From assembly GCA_964619705.1 (NCBI GenBank), contig CAZUGF010000010.1, forward strand, positions 1,234 to 65,233: a stretch of DNA of 64,000 nucleotides, given 5' to 3'. A program made the position numbers and the translations under genes. The notes under the pieces were generated by a model that saw only the letters and a list, made by a program, of their open reading frames with translations, made no database searches and was not told where the DNA came from. The DNA is from an uncultured Bifidobacteriaceae bacterium. GTDB lineage: Bacteria > Acidobacteriota > Vicinamibacteria > Vicinamibacterales > UBA2999. Shown here piece after piece: positions 16,859-26,331 of this stretch (positions within the stretch are counted from its first letter, which is position 1; each line of letters begins with the position of its first letter).

Positions 16859-16934
16859 TCGCCAGGCGGGCAGGCCGGGCCGATGGCCGCCGCGCTGCGC
16901 GCGGATGAGCCCGGAGATGCGGCGCCGGGCCGCG

Positions 16935-17588
16935 CTACTTCCGATGCTCCAGGAGGTATGCAATCCAGGTCGGCGCGAACGGAGACGTGCACCCCTTGGA
17001 CACCGGATAGTCCTTGAGCACTTCCAGCTTGTGGCCGATGGCCATCGCGCGTGCGCGCAGCGCCGGGTAGTCGACCGCGATCCTGACCAGGCAGTAGTTC
17101 ATCGGTTCCTGCATGCGGAACGGGGCGGCTTTCATCCGCTTCTCGATCGTCGCGAGCACCGCCTTCGGATCGTTCTCCTCGAGATGCCCGGGCATGAGCG
17201 TCCAGCCGGCCCTGCCGATGTACTCGGCCCTGGAGGCCGTCCACTTCCGGCACAGCTCACCCTTGAACGGCAGCGCCTTGACGACGTTCTTGACGAACCA
17301 GTCCGTCGTGGTGAAGTAGCGCAGGTCCTTCGCCATGGCCTCCACGGCCGGCGGTGTCAACGGCTTCGGATCCATGATCAGCGTCGCCAGGTTCATCGCA
17401 TCGATGTTGCCGGACTTCCAGAGCGCCAGCGCCAGCGCGTGATCGCGCTTGATGCTCTTGCCCAGGCCGCGCAGCCTGCCGAGGTTCACGCCGAATTGCC
17501 TGTCGCCCGCGCCGTGCTTCGCGTTCACGGCACGCAGTTTCGGATCCTCCCACGCCTCGAGTTGCGTCATCACGGCCTGCAGATCCAT
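16935..17588 (-). CDS. DNA alkylation repair protein (HEAT-like repeat, AlkD/AlkC superfamily)
   Basis: ORF 16935..17684, with the start at MDLQAV (17588) and GGGGAG upstream. The pattern EAWEDPKLRAVNAKHGAG...LALALWKSGNIDA matches PF08713-type proteins. Confidence 0.75.
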   Translation of the reverse strand: MDLQAVMTQLEAWEDPKLRAVNAKHGAGDRQFGVNLGRLRGLGKSIKRDHALALALWKSGNIDAMNLATLIMDPKPLTPPAVEAMAKDLRYFTTTDWFVKNVVKALPFKGELCRKWTASRAEYIGRAGWTLMPGHLEENDPKAVLATIEKRMKAAPFRMQEPMNYCLVRIAVDYPALRARAMAIGHKLEVLKDYPVSKGCTSPFAPTWIAYLLEHRK

Positions 17589-17680
17589 GTCGGTCTCCCC
17601 TGGGGTTCGTGGCCATGGCGGCATGGCGTCAGCGGTGCCGCCTGCCGCGTTCCTGATGCCGGGCGCCCGTGCACGCGGGC

Positions 17681-18016
17681 TCACCGGCGCGTGCGCCGCG
17701 CGCGCTTGCCGCGCGCCACCTCCGTCGCCAGTGCCTCGAGCCGCGGGGCCCAGAAACGGCGGAAGGGGCCCAGCCAGGCATCGACCTCGGCCAGCGGCCG
17801 CGCGTCGACGGCATAGACGCGCCGCGTGCCTTCGGCCCGCACCGTCGCGAACCCGCTCTCGCGCAGCACCTTCAGCTGCTGTGAGACAGCCGACTGGGTG
17901 ATGCCGAACTCCGCCGAGATGACCTCGACGACTTCGCCCGACGCGTGCTCACCCTCGGCCAGGACTTCCAGGATCCGCCGCCGCACGGGATCGCCGAGGA
18001 CGTCGAAGGCATGCAT
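17681..18016 (-). CDS. ArsR-family transcriptional regulator
   Basis: This is the last 111 aa of ORF 17681..18628. DVLGDPVRRRILEVLAEGEHASGEVVEVISAEFGITQSAVSQQLKVLRESGF is the wHTH. There is a TGATG overlap with the upstream SRPBCC gene. Confidence 0.85.
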   Translation of the reverse strand: MHAFDVLGDPVRRRILEVLAEGEHASGEVVEVISAEFGITQSAVSQQLKVLRESGFATVRAEGTRRVYAVDARPLAEVDAWLGPFRRFWAPRLEALATEVARGKRARRTRR

Positions 18017-18660
18017 CAGGCGCCCGTGTAGAAGGCGATGGTTCGTTCCGCCTGCGCCCGCGCCTCGTCGGGGTCGGCTCCCGACGCGATGTAGGCCGCT
18101 CCCCACGCGTCGCCGCACGCGCGGACAAACGCCTTGCCCTCGTCCGAGAGCGTCCACGCCTCGAACCGGGCGGGGTCGATCGCCGTGGCGGGGTCGGCCA
18201 CGTGCTGCTCCAGCCCGCGAAGGCCGAGGTCCCAGCCGACGCCCGTCGCTCCCGGTCCGTACCGCTCGAAGTGCTCCCGGCCAATCCCGTCCGTGTGCGC
18301 GATGTGCTCGAGCGTCAGCCGCGTCCTGCCTTCCTCCGGCGTCAGCCGGAGATGGACCCAGCTCATGCCGCCCCCGTACTCCCACGTGAGATCCAGCGCC
18401 CGGGGCGGCTCGCAGCGCGTGATCGTCCCGCCGGCGTTGCCCTCGAGCTGATACCGGCCTCCCGGCCTCAGGTCCCCCTCCACGGGGAGGAACCACCGCG
18501 CCAGGCGCCCGGGCGTGGTCGTCGCCTCCCACAGGTCCTCCACCGTCGTCTCGTAGACGCGGGTCGCCACGCCCACCAGCGCGGGCTTGCCCAGGTGCTC
18601 GCGTCGCTCCACCCGGCGGGGCTCCCATCCGAACTCGCGTGTCATGTGATCGCTCTCCAT
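18016..18660 (-). CDS. SRPBCC/AHSA1-family protein
   Basis: 214 aa. VATRVYETTVEDLWEATTTPGRLARWF... is the SRPBCC signature. It is the first gene of a two-gene unit with the ArsR regulator. Confidence 0.85.
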   Translation of the reverse strand: MESDHMTREFGWEPRRVERREHLGKPALVGVATRVYETTVEDLWEATTTPGRLARWFLPVEGDLRPGGRYQLEGNAGGTITRCEPPRALDLTWEYGGGMSWVHLRLTPEEGRTRLTLEHIAHTDGIGREHFERYGPGATGVGWDLGLRGLEQHVADPATAIDPARFEAWTLSDEGKAFVRACGDAWGAAYIASGADPDEARAQAERTIAFYTGA

Positions 18661-18708
18661 GGCTGTTGCCGGATCTTGAATATCATATGTAGCTAATATA
18701 AGCCACTA

Positions 18709-20448
18709 CTAATTACGCTGCTCGTCTCGCGGCGCGGCATGACGGCGCTCGACACGGGACGACTCGTGCAGAGAAGGATGGGCCGGCGTGGTCACGATGG
18801 TCAGCCGGTACACCAGGAACACTGTGTCGTTCCCGGAGTCAGGAAGGCCGGCGTCAGGTACCGGGGGCGGCACCCGTCCGGCCGGGTACCCGGCAAAGCC
18901 GTCGTAGCGCACCGGACCACCCGGACCAGGAGCGCGGCCGTTGGAGGTGATGAAGTCGTTGTCGTTGGCCACGAAGAGGAAGTAGTCGTCCGGACGCGCG
19001 GGATCGAGCGCGGGCACGAGCGACAGGCCCTCCCACTTCTCGCCGAGCGTCAGCGCCGAGACCGGGCCCGTACCGGTGTCGAGCCGGACGTTGAACCGCG
19101 CCAGCTGACCGGCGTCCAGCAGATCGACGACCTCCACCCACCGCACGGGCGTGATTGCCGGATCGAGCACACCGGCCCTCGTCGTGATGCGCCCGCCCTC
19201 GGCGTTCCTTCCCGCGTCGCCGGCCACGTCCGTCGGCTCGTCCACGCTCAGGTCCGCGAGCAGCACGCGCTTGAACACGCTCGGGTTGGCGCTCGCACTG
19301 CCGAGCCCGTTCGTGTCGCGCGACAGGATCAGCAGGCGGGTGTCGTCCAGCGCGACGATCTCGCTCTGTGCGGCGGTGCGGTCGGGGAGGCCCTCGCCGC
19401 TCGCGGCGAAGACCGGGAGCGTCACCACGTACTCGGCGGCAGGCGCGGCCGGCGTGGGCGTGGCACTGACGTCGTACACGAGCAGCCGCGCGTGCCGCGC
19501 GAGCTGGTTGTTGGCCGCCGCGTCGCTGTCCTGCACGGTTGCGCTCTGGAGCAGCAGGAACAGCCGGCGGCCGTCGGGGCTGAGGGCCGCACCCTCGAAG
19601 CCCTGGTTCTGGCGGCGGCCGTTGATCGGGGCCGACAGGGAGCTGAAGTTCAGCGTCCCCGCGGGCCGGTGCGGCAGAAATGCCGGCGGCGGCACGATGA
19701 CGCCGGTCATCGTCTTCGTCCGGTCGAAATAGTAGACGAACGGCCCGTACTCATCGGCCACGTAGCCGCTGCCGTCCGCCTGCAGGGCCAGCGCCTCGGC
19801 GTCGATGGCCAGCTTGTGAACGGCGTCGAACGTCGCGGACACATCGTCGGCGCCGGCCGTGGGCGGACCGCTGTAGGCGATCACGTACGGGACGGGATGG
19901 CCGAACAGGGTGCCGACGCCACTGCCGGGGTCGAGCCCGGTGGTTGGCGACGGCGCCTGTCTCACCGGATCGTGATAGCTCAGCGGCTCGGTCGCGATCG
20001 GCAGCGTGAATGCAATCTGGCGCTGGGCCGCAAGCCGATCGGCCACCGTGTCCCCGCCCGGTAGGGCGGGGCCGTCATGCGGCGCGAACGTGAACCGCAC
20101 CTGGTGGATGCGCGCGGCGTAGTCGGCGTAGAAGCGGCCCGCGTTGTAGCCGCGATCGGGCAGGATGTGGAACGTCCCGGTGTACCGGCCGTCGCCCGTC
20201 CGCGTCCAGCCGGTGATCTGCAGGCCCGACACCGAGCCGAACGAGTCGCCGAGCGCGTCTGTCAGGCTGGCGGAGAGGCGCCCGACGCCCACCAACCCCT
20301 GGTTCGTCACCGTCGTCGCGCCCAGCGCCGCCATCGGCATGGCGTCCCACGGTCCCGGCTGCGGGGCGCGGCAGGCGGCCGCGGCCGCCGTGGCCATGAC
20401 CACGATGACCGCGGCGGCGATGCGCGCGTAATGGAGAGGCCGGTGCAC
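18709..20448 (-). CDS. Phytase-like esterase family protein (secreted, possible lipoprotein)
   Basis: ORF 18709..21381, with the start set at the GTG at 20448 (residue 312). This gives the signal peptide VHRPLHYARIAAAVIVVMATAAAAAC. The body (ILPDRGYN..., GFEGAALSPDGRRLF..., KWEGLSL..., ANDNDF) matches the esterase-like-activity-of-phytase family. Confidence 0.7.
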   Translation of the reverse strand: MHRPLHYARIAAAVIVVMATAAAAACRAPQPGPWDAMPMAALGATTVTNQGLVGVGRLSASLTDALGDSFGSVSGLQITGWTRTGDGRYTGTFHILPDRGYNAGRFYADYAARIHQVRFTFAPHDGPALPGGDTVADRLAAQRQIAFTLPIATEPLSYHDPVRQAPSPTTGLDPGSGVGTLFGHPVPYVIAYSGPPTAGADDVSATFDAVHKLAIDAEALALQADGSGYVADEYGPFVYYFDRTKTMTGVIVPPPAFLPHRPAGTLNFSSLSAPINGRRQNQGFEGAALSPDGRRLFLLLQSATVQDSDAAANNQLARHARLLVYDVSATPTPAAPAAEYVVTLPVFAASGEGLPDRTAAQSEIVALDDTRLLILSRDTNGLGSASANPSVFKRVLLADLSVDEPTDVAGDAGRNAEGGRITTRAGVLDPAITPVRWVEVVDLLDAGQLARFNVRLDTGTGPVSALTLGEKWEGLSLVPALDPARPDDYFLFVANDNDFITSNGRAPGPGGPVRYDGFAGYPAGRVPPPVPDAGLPDSGNDTVFLVYRLTIVTTPAHPSLHESSRVERRHAAPRDEQRN

Positions 20449-20468
20449 GGGCCGGCGTGTGCCGGCGC

Positions 20469-23400
20469 TCAGAACGTCACTCGGGCGCCGAACTGCATCT
20501 GCCGGGGATCGGCCTGGCTCGTGATGCGGCCGAAGTTCGGCGCGTTCAGCAGCCGGTTGACGAGCGTGTAGTTGCGGCGGTTCAGCGCGTTGAAGACCTC
20601 GGCACGCACCTCGATCCGCGTGCGGCCGAGCGCGAACACCCTGGCCAGGCCGAGATCGAGATTGGCGTAGCCGGGCCCGGTCAGCGAGTTGCGGCCCATC
20701 GTCCCGAACGTGCCGGCCTGGGGCGCGGCGAAGGCAGCCGGGTTGAGATACCCGTCGGTCTCCCACTGGTCCTTCGGCAGGTACGGGTCGACGCCGGGAA
20801 CGGCGTTCGGCCGGATCAGGATCCCGCCGGTGCCGCCGCCGATGCCCGCGGTATCGCCCTGGATGTTCACGGTGAACGGGAACCCGCTCTGCATCGTCCA
20901 GATGCCCGACACCTGGAAGCCGTAGGGCAGCACGCGCGTGACGCTCGTGACCCAGCGATGCGTCGCGTTGTAGTAGGCCGGCCCCCACTCCGCCTCGAGG
21001 TCGTGGGAGTCCTGCGGCGGGGAGTTCTCCGCGCCGGCCGCGCCGCCGGCGTTCCGGTACTGCGGCGCGTTGCTGCGCGCCCTGGACGCCGTGTAGGCGC
21101 TCAGCAGCGAGAAGCCGTTGGTGAAACGCCGCTCGAGTCTGAGCTCGATCGCGTCGTATTCGGATCGCGCCGAGTGCGGGAAGTAGTTGATCTGGCCCAC
21201 CGGCACCGAGTCGCCCCGCACGATGACGTAGTCGGGGAACGTCGTGTTCGGCGCATAGGTGAGCGCCGCGTACGGACGACGCGGGTCGACGCCGCCGGTG
21301 CCCGGCTGGGCGTTGTTCGGCTGGACGTTCTGCTCGAGGTACTTGCCGCGCGTGCGGACGTAGCTGGCGTCCACCACCCACCGGCCGGCCAGTTGGCGCT
21401 GCACGCCCAGCGTGAACTGGGCAGACTGGCTCGTCTCCTGGTTCATGTCGATGCTCGCCTGTTGAATCTGCACGGGACCGAGCTCGGCCGGTCCGAACAC
21501 GTCATAGCCCGGCGCGTTGGCCGGCACGAACGCGTTGAATGTCAGCGCCTGCGCGATGTTGGCGGGCAGGCCGGCGGCCAGCCGGAACAGCGGGTTGCCG
21601 TCCTGGGGCGCGTAGTAGATGCCGGCGCCGCCGCGGACGACCGTGTTGTCGTCAACGGCCCACGAGAAGCCGGCCCGCGGCGCCAGGTTGTTCGTGTCGG
21701 TATAGGCACAGCCCTTCGGCGTGCCGTTCTGGCCGCAGACGAACACCGTCGGCGTGTAGTACGCCAGGCGTCCCTCCGCGAAGATCTCCGCCGGCGTCGG
21801 CACGCTGCTCCAGTCGATGTTCGACATCTTGCCGCCGGCATCGTGCATGGGCGGCGACAGCTCGTAGCGCAGGCCGAGGTTGAGCGTGAGGCGCGGCGTC
21901 ACCCGCCAGTCGTCCTGGACGTAGGTGGCGAACGCCGCCTGCCGGCCGTTGATCGTGCTCGGTCCGATCGCGCGGTTGGCGATCTGCGGCAGGCCCAGGA
22001 GCAGGCTGGCCAGGCCGTTGCCCGTCCCGTCGCTGCTCGCCGTGCGGCTCGTGTAGCCCGAGACGAAGGTCAGCGTGCCGAGCGTGCTCGGCACCTCGTA
22101 GCGGTTGTACTCCGTCCAGAGGAACTCGGCCCCCGCCTTGAAGGTGTGACGTCCCATCTGGAACGAGAGGTTGTCGTACACCTGGTAGACGCGGTTGTTC
22201 ACCTCGACGGTGCCGCCGCCGGTCGTGCCCGTGAACGCGCCCGCGCCCCCGATGGCCGGATAGCCGGCGACCACGAACCGCGGGACCTGCACGTCGGCGC
22301 CGTTGACCGTGAACGACGGATCCGGCAGGCCGGACACGAGGTCGAGCCGGCTGTAGCCGAACCGCGCCTCGTTGACCATCGACGAACCGAGCACCGTCGT
22401 CCACCCGGCGGCGACGTTGACGGGCCGTCCGTCGCTGACGTTCAGGCGGCCGGGAATCGCCTCGGGGATGAGCGCGTTCTCGTCGGCCATCGACGCGCGG
22501 ACAAAGACCGACCCGGCCGCGCCGGCGTTCATGTCCAGGCGCAGGGAGTAGTTGTAGTTGTCCTGCCTGGTGATCTCGTCGGTGTTCACGTACCCGCGCG
22601 CTCCGGTGTTGGGCAGCGGGAGCGCGCGGACGGCGGCGAGCGCCATGGCCTCGAGCCGGTCGGCTGGAATCGTGTTGTTCGGGAACGGGGAACGGCTGGT
22701 GGTTCCCGTCGCCGGATCGTAGATGCCCGCGCCCGACTGGCTGAAGTCGCCGTTCCGCTCGAGCGCGGTCGGCACGGTCACGGTGGTCAGGCCGGCGGCC
22801 GCCTCGCGCCGGCGGAGCTGCTCGAACGCACCGAAGAAGAACAGCCGCTGCGGCAGGAGGGGGCCGCCGAGCGTGCCGCCGAAATTGTCGCGCTGGAACG
22901 TCGGCAGATCGCCGACGAGGTTGAACGGCTTCGCGTCGAAGCGCTTGTTGCGCGTGAACTCGAACGCCGAGCCGCGGATCGTGTCCGCTCCCGACTTGGT
23001 CACGACGTTGATCTGGGCGCCGGCGCGGCCGTACTCGGCCGTGAACTGCGAGGTCTGGACGCGGAACTCGGCGATGTCGTCGATGGACGGCGAGTAGCTC
23101 AGGGCGTTGTAGTCGGGGTCCGTGTTGACCGCGCCGTCAATCAGGAAGAGCGTGTTGTTGGTGCGGCCGCCGCCGACGCTGATGCCGCCTGTCGCATTGA
23201 GGCGTCCGGTCGCGTTCTGCTGGACCGCGCGGCCGCCGCTGTTGGCGCCGGGCACGAGGAGCGCGAGCTGGATGAACTGCCGGCCGTTGAGCGGCAGCGC
23301 CTGCACCTTCTCCTCGGTGATGACCGTGCCGCGCGTCGAGGACGCCATGTCGAGCAGCGGCACCTCGCCCTGGACCTCGACGACCTCACTGACGCCGCCG

Positions 23401-23735
23401 ACCTCGAGCCGCACCGGCAGGGTGGCGCTCTGGCCGACGAGCAGGCGGATCTCGATGTCGCGGAACTGCTTGAACCCGTCGAGCGCCACGCTCACGTCGT
23501 AGCGGCCAGGCGGGAGCGCGCTGAACACCGCACGGCCGTCGGATGCCGACACCAGCTCCCGGCGATTGCCGGTCGGGCCCTGGAGCACGACCGCGGCACC
23601 CGGCACAGCGCCGCCCGACAGGTCAGCGACCGCCACCGTCAAGGTGCCCGTCTCCGACTGGGCGCCGAGGGGAACACTCCAGGCGGCCACAGCCGCCGCC
23701 ATCGCCAGACACAAGACCCTCACACGTCGCATCAC
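20469..23735 (-). CDS. TonB-dependent receptor with CarboxypepD_reg-like N-terminal domain
   Basis: 1088 aa. It has a signal peptide, then TGTLTVAVADLSGGAVPGAAVVLQG..., a plug region, and a C-terminal beta-barrel ending in ...FGARVTF. Confidence 0.9.
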   Translation of the reverse strand: MMRRVRVLCLAMAAAVAAWSVPLGAQSETGTLTVAVADLSGGAVPGAAVVLQGPTGNRRELVSASDGRAVFSALPPGRYDVSVALDGFKQFRDIEIRLLVGQSATLPVRLEVGGVSEVVEVQGEVPLLDMASSTRGTVITEEKVQALPLNGRQFIQLALLVPGANSGGRAVQQNATGRLNATGGISVGGGRTNNTLFLIDGAVNTDPDYNALSYSPSIDDIAEFRVQTSQFTAEYGRAGAQINVVTKSGADTIRGSAFEFTRNKRFDAKPFNLVGDLPTFQRDNFGGTLGGPLLPQRLFFFGAFEQLRRREAAAGLTTVTVPTALERNGDFSQSGAGIYDPATGTTSRSPFPNNTIPADRLEAMALAAVRALPLPNTGARGYVNTDEITRQDNYNYSLRLDMNAGAAGSVFVRASMADENALIPEAIPGRLNVSDGRPVNVAAGWTTVLGSSMVNEARFGYSRLDLVSGLPDPSFTVNGADVQVPRFVVAGYPAIGGAGAFTGTTGGGTVEVNNRVYQVYDNLSFQMGRHTFKAGAEFLWTEYNRYEVPSTLGTLTFVSGYTSRTASSDGTGNGLASLLLGLPQIANRAIGPSTINGRQAAFATYVQDDWRVTPRLTLNLGLRYELSPPMHDAGGKMSNIDWSSVPTPAEIFAEGRLAYYTPTVFVCGQNGTPKGCAYTDTNNLAPRAGFSWAVDDNTVVRGGAGIYYAPQDGNPLFRLAAGLPANIAQALTFNAFVPANAPGYDVFGPAELGPVQIQQASIDMNQETSQSAQFTLGVQRQLAGRWVVDASYVRTRGKYLEQNVQPNNAQPGTGGVDPRRPYAALTYAPNTTFPDYVIVRGDSVPVGQINYFPHSARSEYDAIELRLERRFTNGFSLLSAYTASRARSNAPQYRNAGGAAGAENSPPQDSHDLEAEWGPAYYNATHRWVTSVTRVLPYGFQVSGIWTMQSGFPFTVNIQGDTAGIGGGTGGILIRPNAVPGVDPYLPKDQWETDGYLNPAAFAAPQAGTFGTMGRNSLTGPGYANLDLGLARVFALGRTRIEVRAEVFNALNRRNYTLVNRLLNAPNFGRITSQADPRQMQFGARVTF

Positions 23736-23878
23736 GACACTCCCCCGCCCTCGGCGTTTTGATCAAAGCCCGAGCGTACGGAAGGGATGCAGCGGACGCG
23801 TGACGGCGGTGAGGCGGTGATGTAACAGGGTGCTCATGCCCCCGCTCTTCCTCACCCCTTGCACCAGGTCTCAACAGC

Positions 23879-24328
23879 ATGTATAGTGCACTTATGAACG
23901 AATCGGCTGGCGTCGACCTGACGGTCATCCGCGGCCTCCTCCACACCGCAAGCGCCGTCCAGGCACACCTGGAGTCCCGGCTGTCGGGGCTCGGCCTCTC
24001 GGTGCCGAAGCTCCAGGCGCTGGTCGCCCTGCGCGACGCGGGGGAGTCGCTCCCCCTGTCCCAACTCGCCGGACGCCTGGCCTGCGTCAAGTCGAACATC
24101 ACGCAACTCGTGGATCGGCTGGAATCCGACGGGTTCGTCAAGCGCGGCCTGGACCCGTCGGATCGCCGGGCCCGCCTGGCCATCCTGACAACGGCAGGGC
24201 GCGTGGCGTGCGATGCCGGCAGCGGCCTGCTGGAGGAAGCCGAACGCGACCTCCTGACCGGCTTCAGTGCGGACGACGCCCGGGCGCTGAAGGCACTCGT
24301 GGAGCGCGTCGAGCGCCAGGCCGGCTGA
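23879..24328 (+). CDS. MarR-family transcriptional regulator
   Basis: 149 aa. LSQLAGRLACVKSNITQLVDRLESDGFVKRGLDPSDRRARLAILTTAG is the MarR wHTH. An alternative start is at 23894. Confidence 0.85.
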   Translation: MYSALMNESAGVDLTVIRGLLHTASAVQAHLESRLSGLGLSVPKLQALVALRDAGESLPLSQLAGRLACVKSNITQLVDRLESDGFVKRGLDPSDRRARLAILTTAGRVACDAGSGLLEEAERDLLTGFSADDARALKALVERVERQAG

Positions 24329-24346
24329 TCTTTGCATCTCCATCAG

Positions 24347-24358
24347 TGCATATATGCA
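24347..24358. promoter_or_regulatory. Perfect 12-bp palindrome TGCATATATGCA, candidate MarR operator upstream of the OYE reductase
   Basis: It lies in the AT-rich spacer between the marR stop (24328) and the reductase start (24407). A related AGTGCACTTATG lies at 23885-23896, over the marR start. Confidence 0.5.
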
Positions 24359-24406
24359 TCGTCTAGTTGTTGATAGTTTCTGATATTTCGGAATCGAGGG
24401 AATCCC

Positions 24407-25525
24407 ATGAACACCGCGACCGACCCGGCCCCGCAGGCACTCCTGTCCTCATACACAGCCGGCAGCCTGACGCTGCCCAATCGCGTCGTCCTCGCGCCGA
24501 TGACCCGCAGCCGGGCACAGGCCGGCAACGTGGCCCATCCGCTCGCGGCGACCTACTACGCGCAGCGCGCCTCGGCGGGGCTGCTGATCACGGAGGGCAC
24601 GCAGGTGAGCCCGCAGGGCGTCGGCTACATCCGGACGCCCGGCATCCACTCGCCCGCGCAGATCGAGGGATGGCAGGCGGTCACGCGCGCGGTGCACGAG
24701 GCGGGCGGGCGGATCTTCGGGCAGTTGTGGCACGTCGGGCGCGTGTCGCACACGGACTTCCATGACGGAGAGCCGCCCGTGGCGCCATCGGCCATCGCGG
24801 TCGAGGGCGAGACGTTCACGCCGAAGGGCCGCCAGCCGTTCTCCACGCCGCGCGCGCTCGAGACGGACGAGATCCCCGGCGTCATCGATCAGTTCCGCAC
24901 GGCGGCGCGGAACGCCAGGGAGGCGGGCTTCGATGGTGTCGAGATCCATGGCGCCAACGGATATCTCCTGGACCAGTTCCTGCGAGACGGCACCAACGTC
25001 CGGACGGACGGCTACGGCGGCAGCCTCGCGAATCGCGCGCGGTTTCCACTGGAGGTGGTCGACGCGGTCACCGACGTGTGGGGCGCCTCGCGCGTCGGCT
25101 ACCGGATCGCGCCGCGCTTCTCGATGCTCGGGATGTCCGACTCCGATCCGAAGACCACCTTCTCCTACCTCGCCGACGCGCTGCAGCAGCGCGGACTGCT
25201 CTACCTGCACGTCGTCGAGGCCATCGCCGGACCGCGCGCCGTCGACACGGCGGACCGCATCACGCCGGCGCTCCGCCGCGTGTTCGGCGGGACGCTGATC
25301 GTCAACGGCGGGTACGACCGCGCCTCCGGAGAGCAGGCGGTGGCCAATGGCTGGGCGGACCTCGTCGCGTACGGCGCGCCGTTCCTCGCCAACCCCGATC
25401 TGCCGGAGCGCTTCCGCGTCGCCGCGCCGCTGAACGCTCCGGACCCGTCGACGTTCTATACGGGCGACGAGCGCGGCTACACCGACTACCCGGCCCTCGA
25501 GCAGGCGTCTGCGCCCGTGGCGTGA
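24407..25525 (+). CDS. Old Yellow Enzyme-family NADH:flavin oxidoreductase (alkene / N-ethylmaleimide reductase-like)
   Basis: 372 aa. [45 protein letters not shown] and GYGGSL are OYE signatures. Confidence 0.9.
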   Translation: MNTATDPAPQALLSSYTAGSLTLPNRVVLAPMTRSRAQAGNVAHPLAATYYAQRASAGLLITEGTQVSPQGVGYIRTPGIHSPAQIEGWQAVTRAVHEAGGRIFGQLWHVGRVSHTDFHDGEPPVAPSAIAVEGETFTPKGRQPFSTPRALETDEIPGVIDQFRTAARNAREAGFDGVEIHGANGYLLDQFLRDGTNVRTDGYGGSLANRARFPLEVVDAVTDVWGASRVGYRIAPRFSMLGMSDSDPKTTFSYLADALQQRGLLYLHVVEAIAGPRAVDTADRITPALRRVFGGTLIVNGGYDRASGEQAVANGWADLVAYGAPFLANPDLPERFRVAAPLNAPDPSTFYTGDERGYTDYPALEQASAPVA

Positions 25526-25622
25526 CGAGGCGGCGGCGTGTTCCCTGTCCATCCCCGGCATGTTCCGGTGGATGGACAGGCGGGCACGCCGCGCGTCCCG
25601 ACCGGCACCATACACTGTAGGC

Positions 25623-26321
25623 ATGTCCCTCCTCGCCGCCGACGGCCTCATCCGGACGTATGCCGGGGCCGGCGCGCGGGTCACGGCCCTGGACGGCGTC
25701 TCGTTCTCCGTCGATGCCGGAGACTTCGTCGCGCTGATGGGACCGTCCGGCTGCGGCAAGTCGACGCTCCTCCACCTGTGCGGCGCGATGGATCGGCCCA
25801 CTGCCGGCCGCCTCCGCTTCGAGGGCCGCGACCTGGCCGCGCTCGCCGACGATGAGCTGACGCGGATCCGGCGGGAGCGGGTCGGGTTCGTCTTCCAGTT
25901 CTTCAACCTGCTGCCCACGCTCACGCTGGCCGACAACATCGCCCTGCCGCGCCTGCTGGCCGGCGCCCCCGCGCGGGACGCCGAGGCCGGCGCCGCGGCC
26001 ATGGCGGAGCGCGTGGGCATCGCGCACCGCCTGCGGCACTTCCCGGCGCAGGTCTCCGGCGGCGAGATGCAGCGCGCGGCCATCGCCCGCGCCCTCGCGC
26101 ACGAGCCGGCGCTCCTCATTGCCGACGAGCCAACGGGCAACCTGGACTCCGAGAACGGCGCCCGTGTGCTCGCGCTGCTCGTCGAGCTCAACCGCGAACT
26201 CGGCATCACCATCCTGCTCGCCACGCATGCCGCGGAGGTCGCCGCCGCGGCCGGCCGCGTGATCCGGATGCGTGACGGCGCCATCGACGCGGCCGATCCG
26301 GCTGCGGCACGCCGGGCCTAG
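25623..26321 (+). CDS. ABC transporter ATP-binding protein (MacB/LolD-type)
   Basis: This is the in-frame ATG at residue 22 of ORF 25560..26321. Walker A is GPSGCGKST, the signature is VSGGEMQR, and Walker B is [12 protein letters not shown]. Confidence 0.9.
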   Translation: MSLLAADGLIRTYAGAGARVTALDGVSFSVDAGDFVALMGPSGCGKSTLLHLCGAMDRPTAGRLRFEGRDLAALADDELTRIRRERVGFVFQFFNLLPTLTLADNIALPRLLAGAPARDAEAGAAAMAERVGIAHRLRHFPAQVSGGEMQRAAIARALAHEPALLIADEPTGNLDSENGARVLALLVELNRELGITILLATHAAEVAAAAGRVIRMRDGAIDAADPAAARRA

Positions 26322-26331
26322 CGGTCGGATC

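Noticed and set aside
20457-23762. 1101-aa plus-strand ORF opposite the TonB-dependent receptor. Similar long antisense or alternative-frame ORFs are 24449..26284(-), 25302..26513(-), 27249..29072(+), 27721..29265(-), 28862..31279(-), 32600..34840(+), 38603..39406(-), 39091..41034(+), 43390..45477(+), 46764..47993(-), 50917..53031(+), 54364..56031(+), 56038..58392(+) and 59512..61341(+).
   Set aside because: They are Arg/Gly/Pro/Ala-rich with no motifs. Each lies opposite or out of frame to a gene with clear family signatures. Stop-codon depletion in GC-rich DNA explains them.
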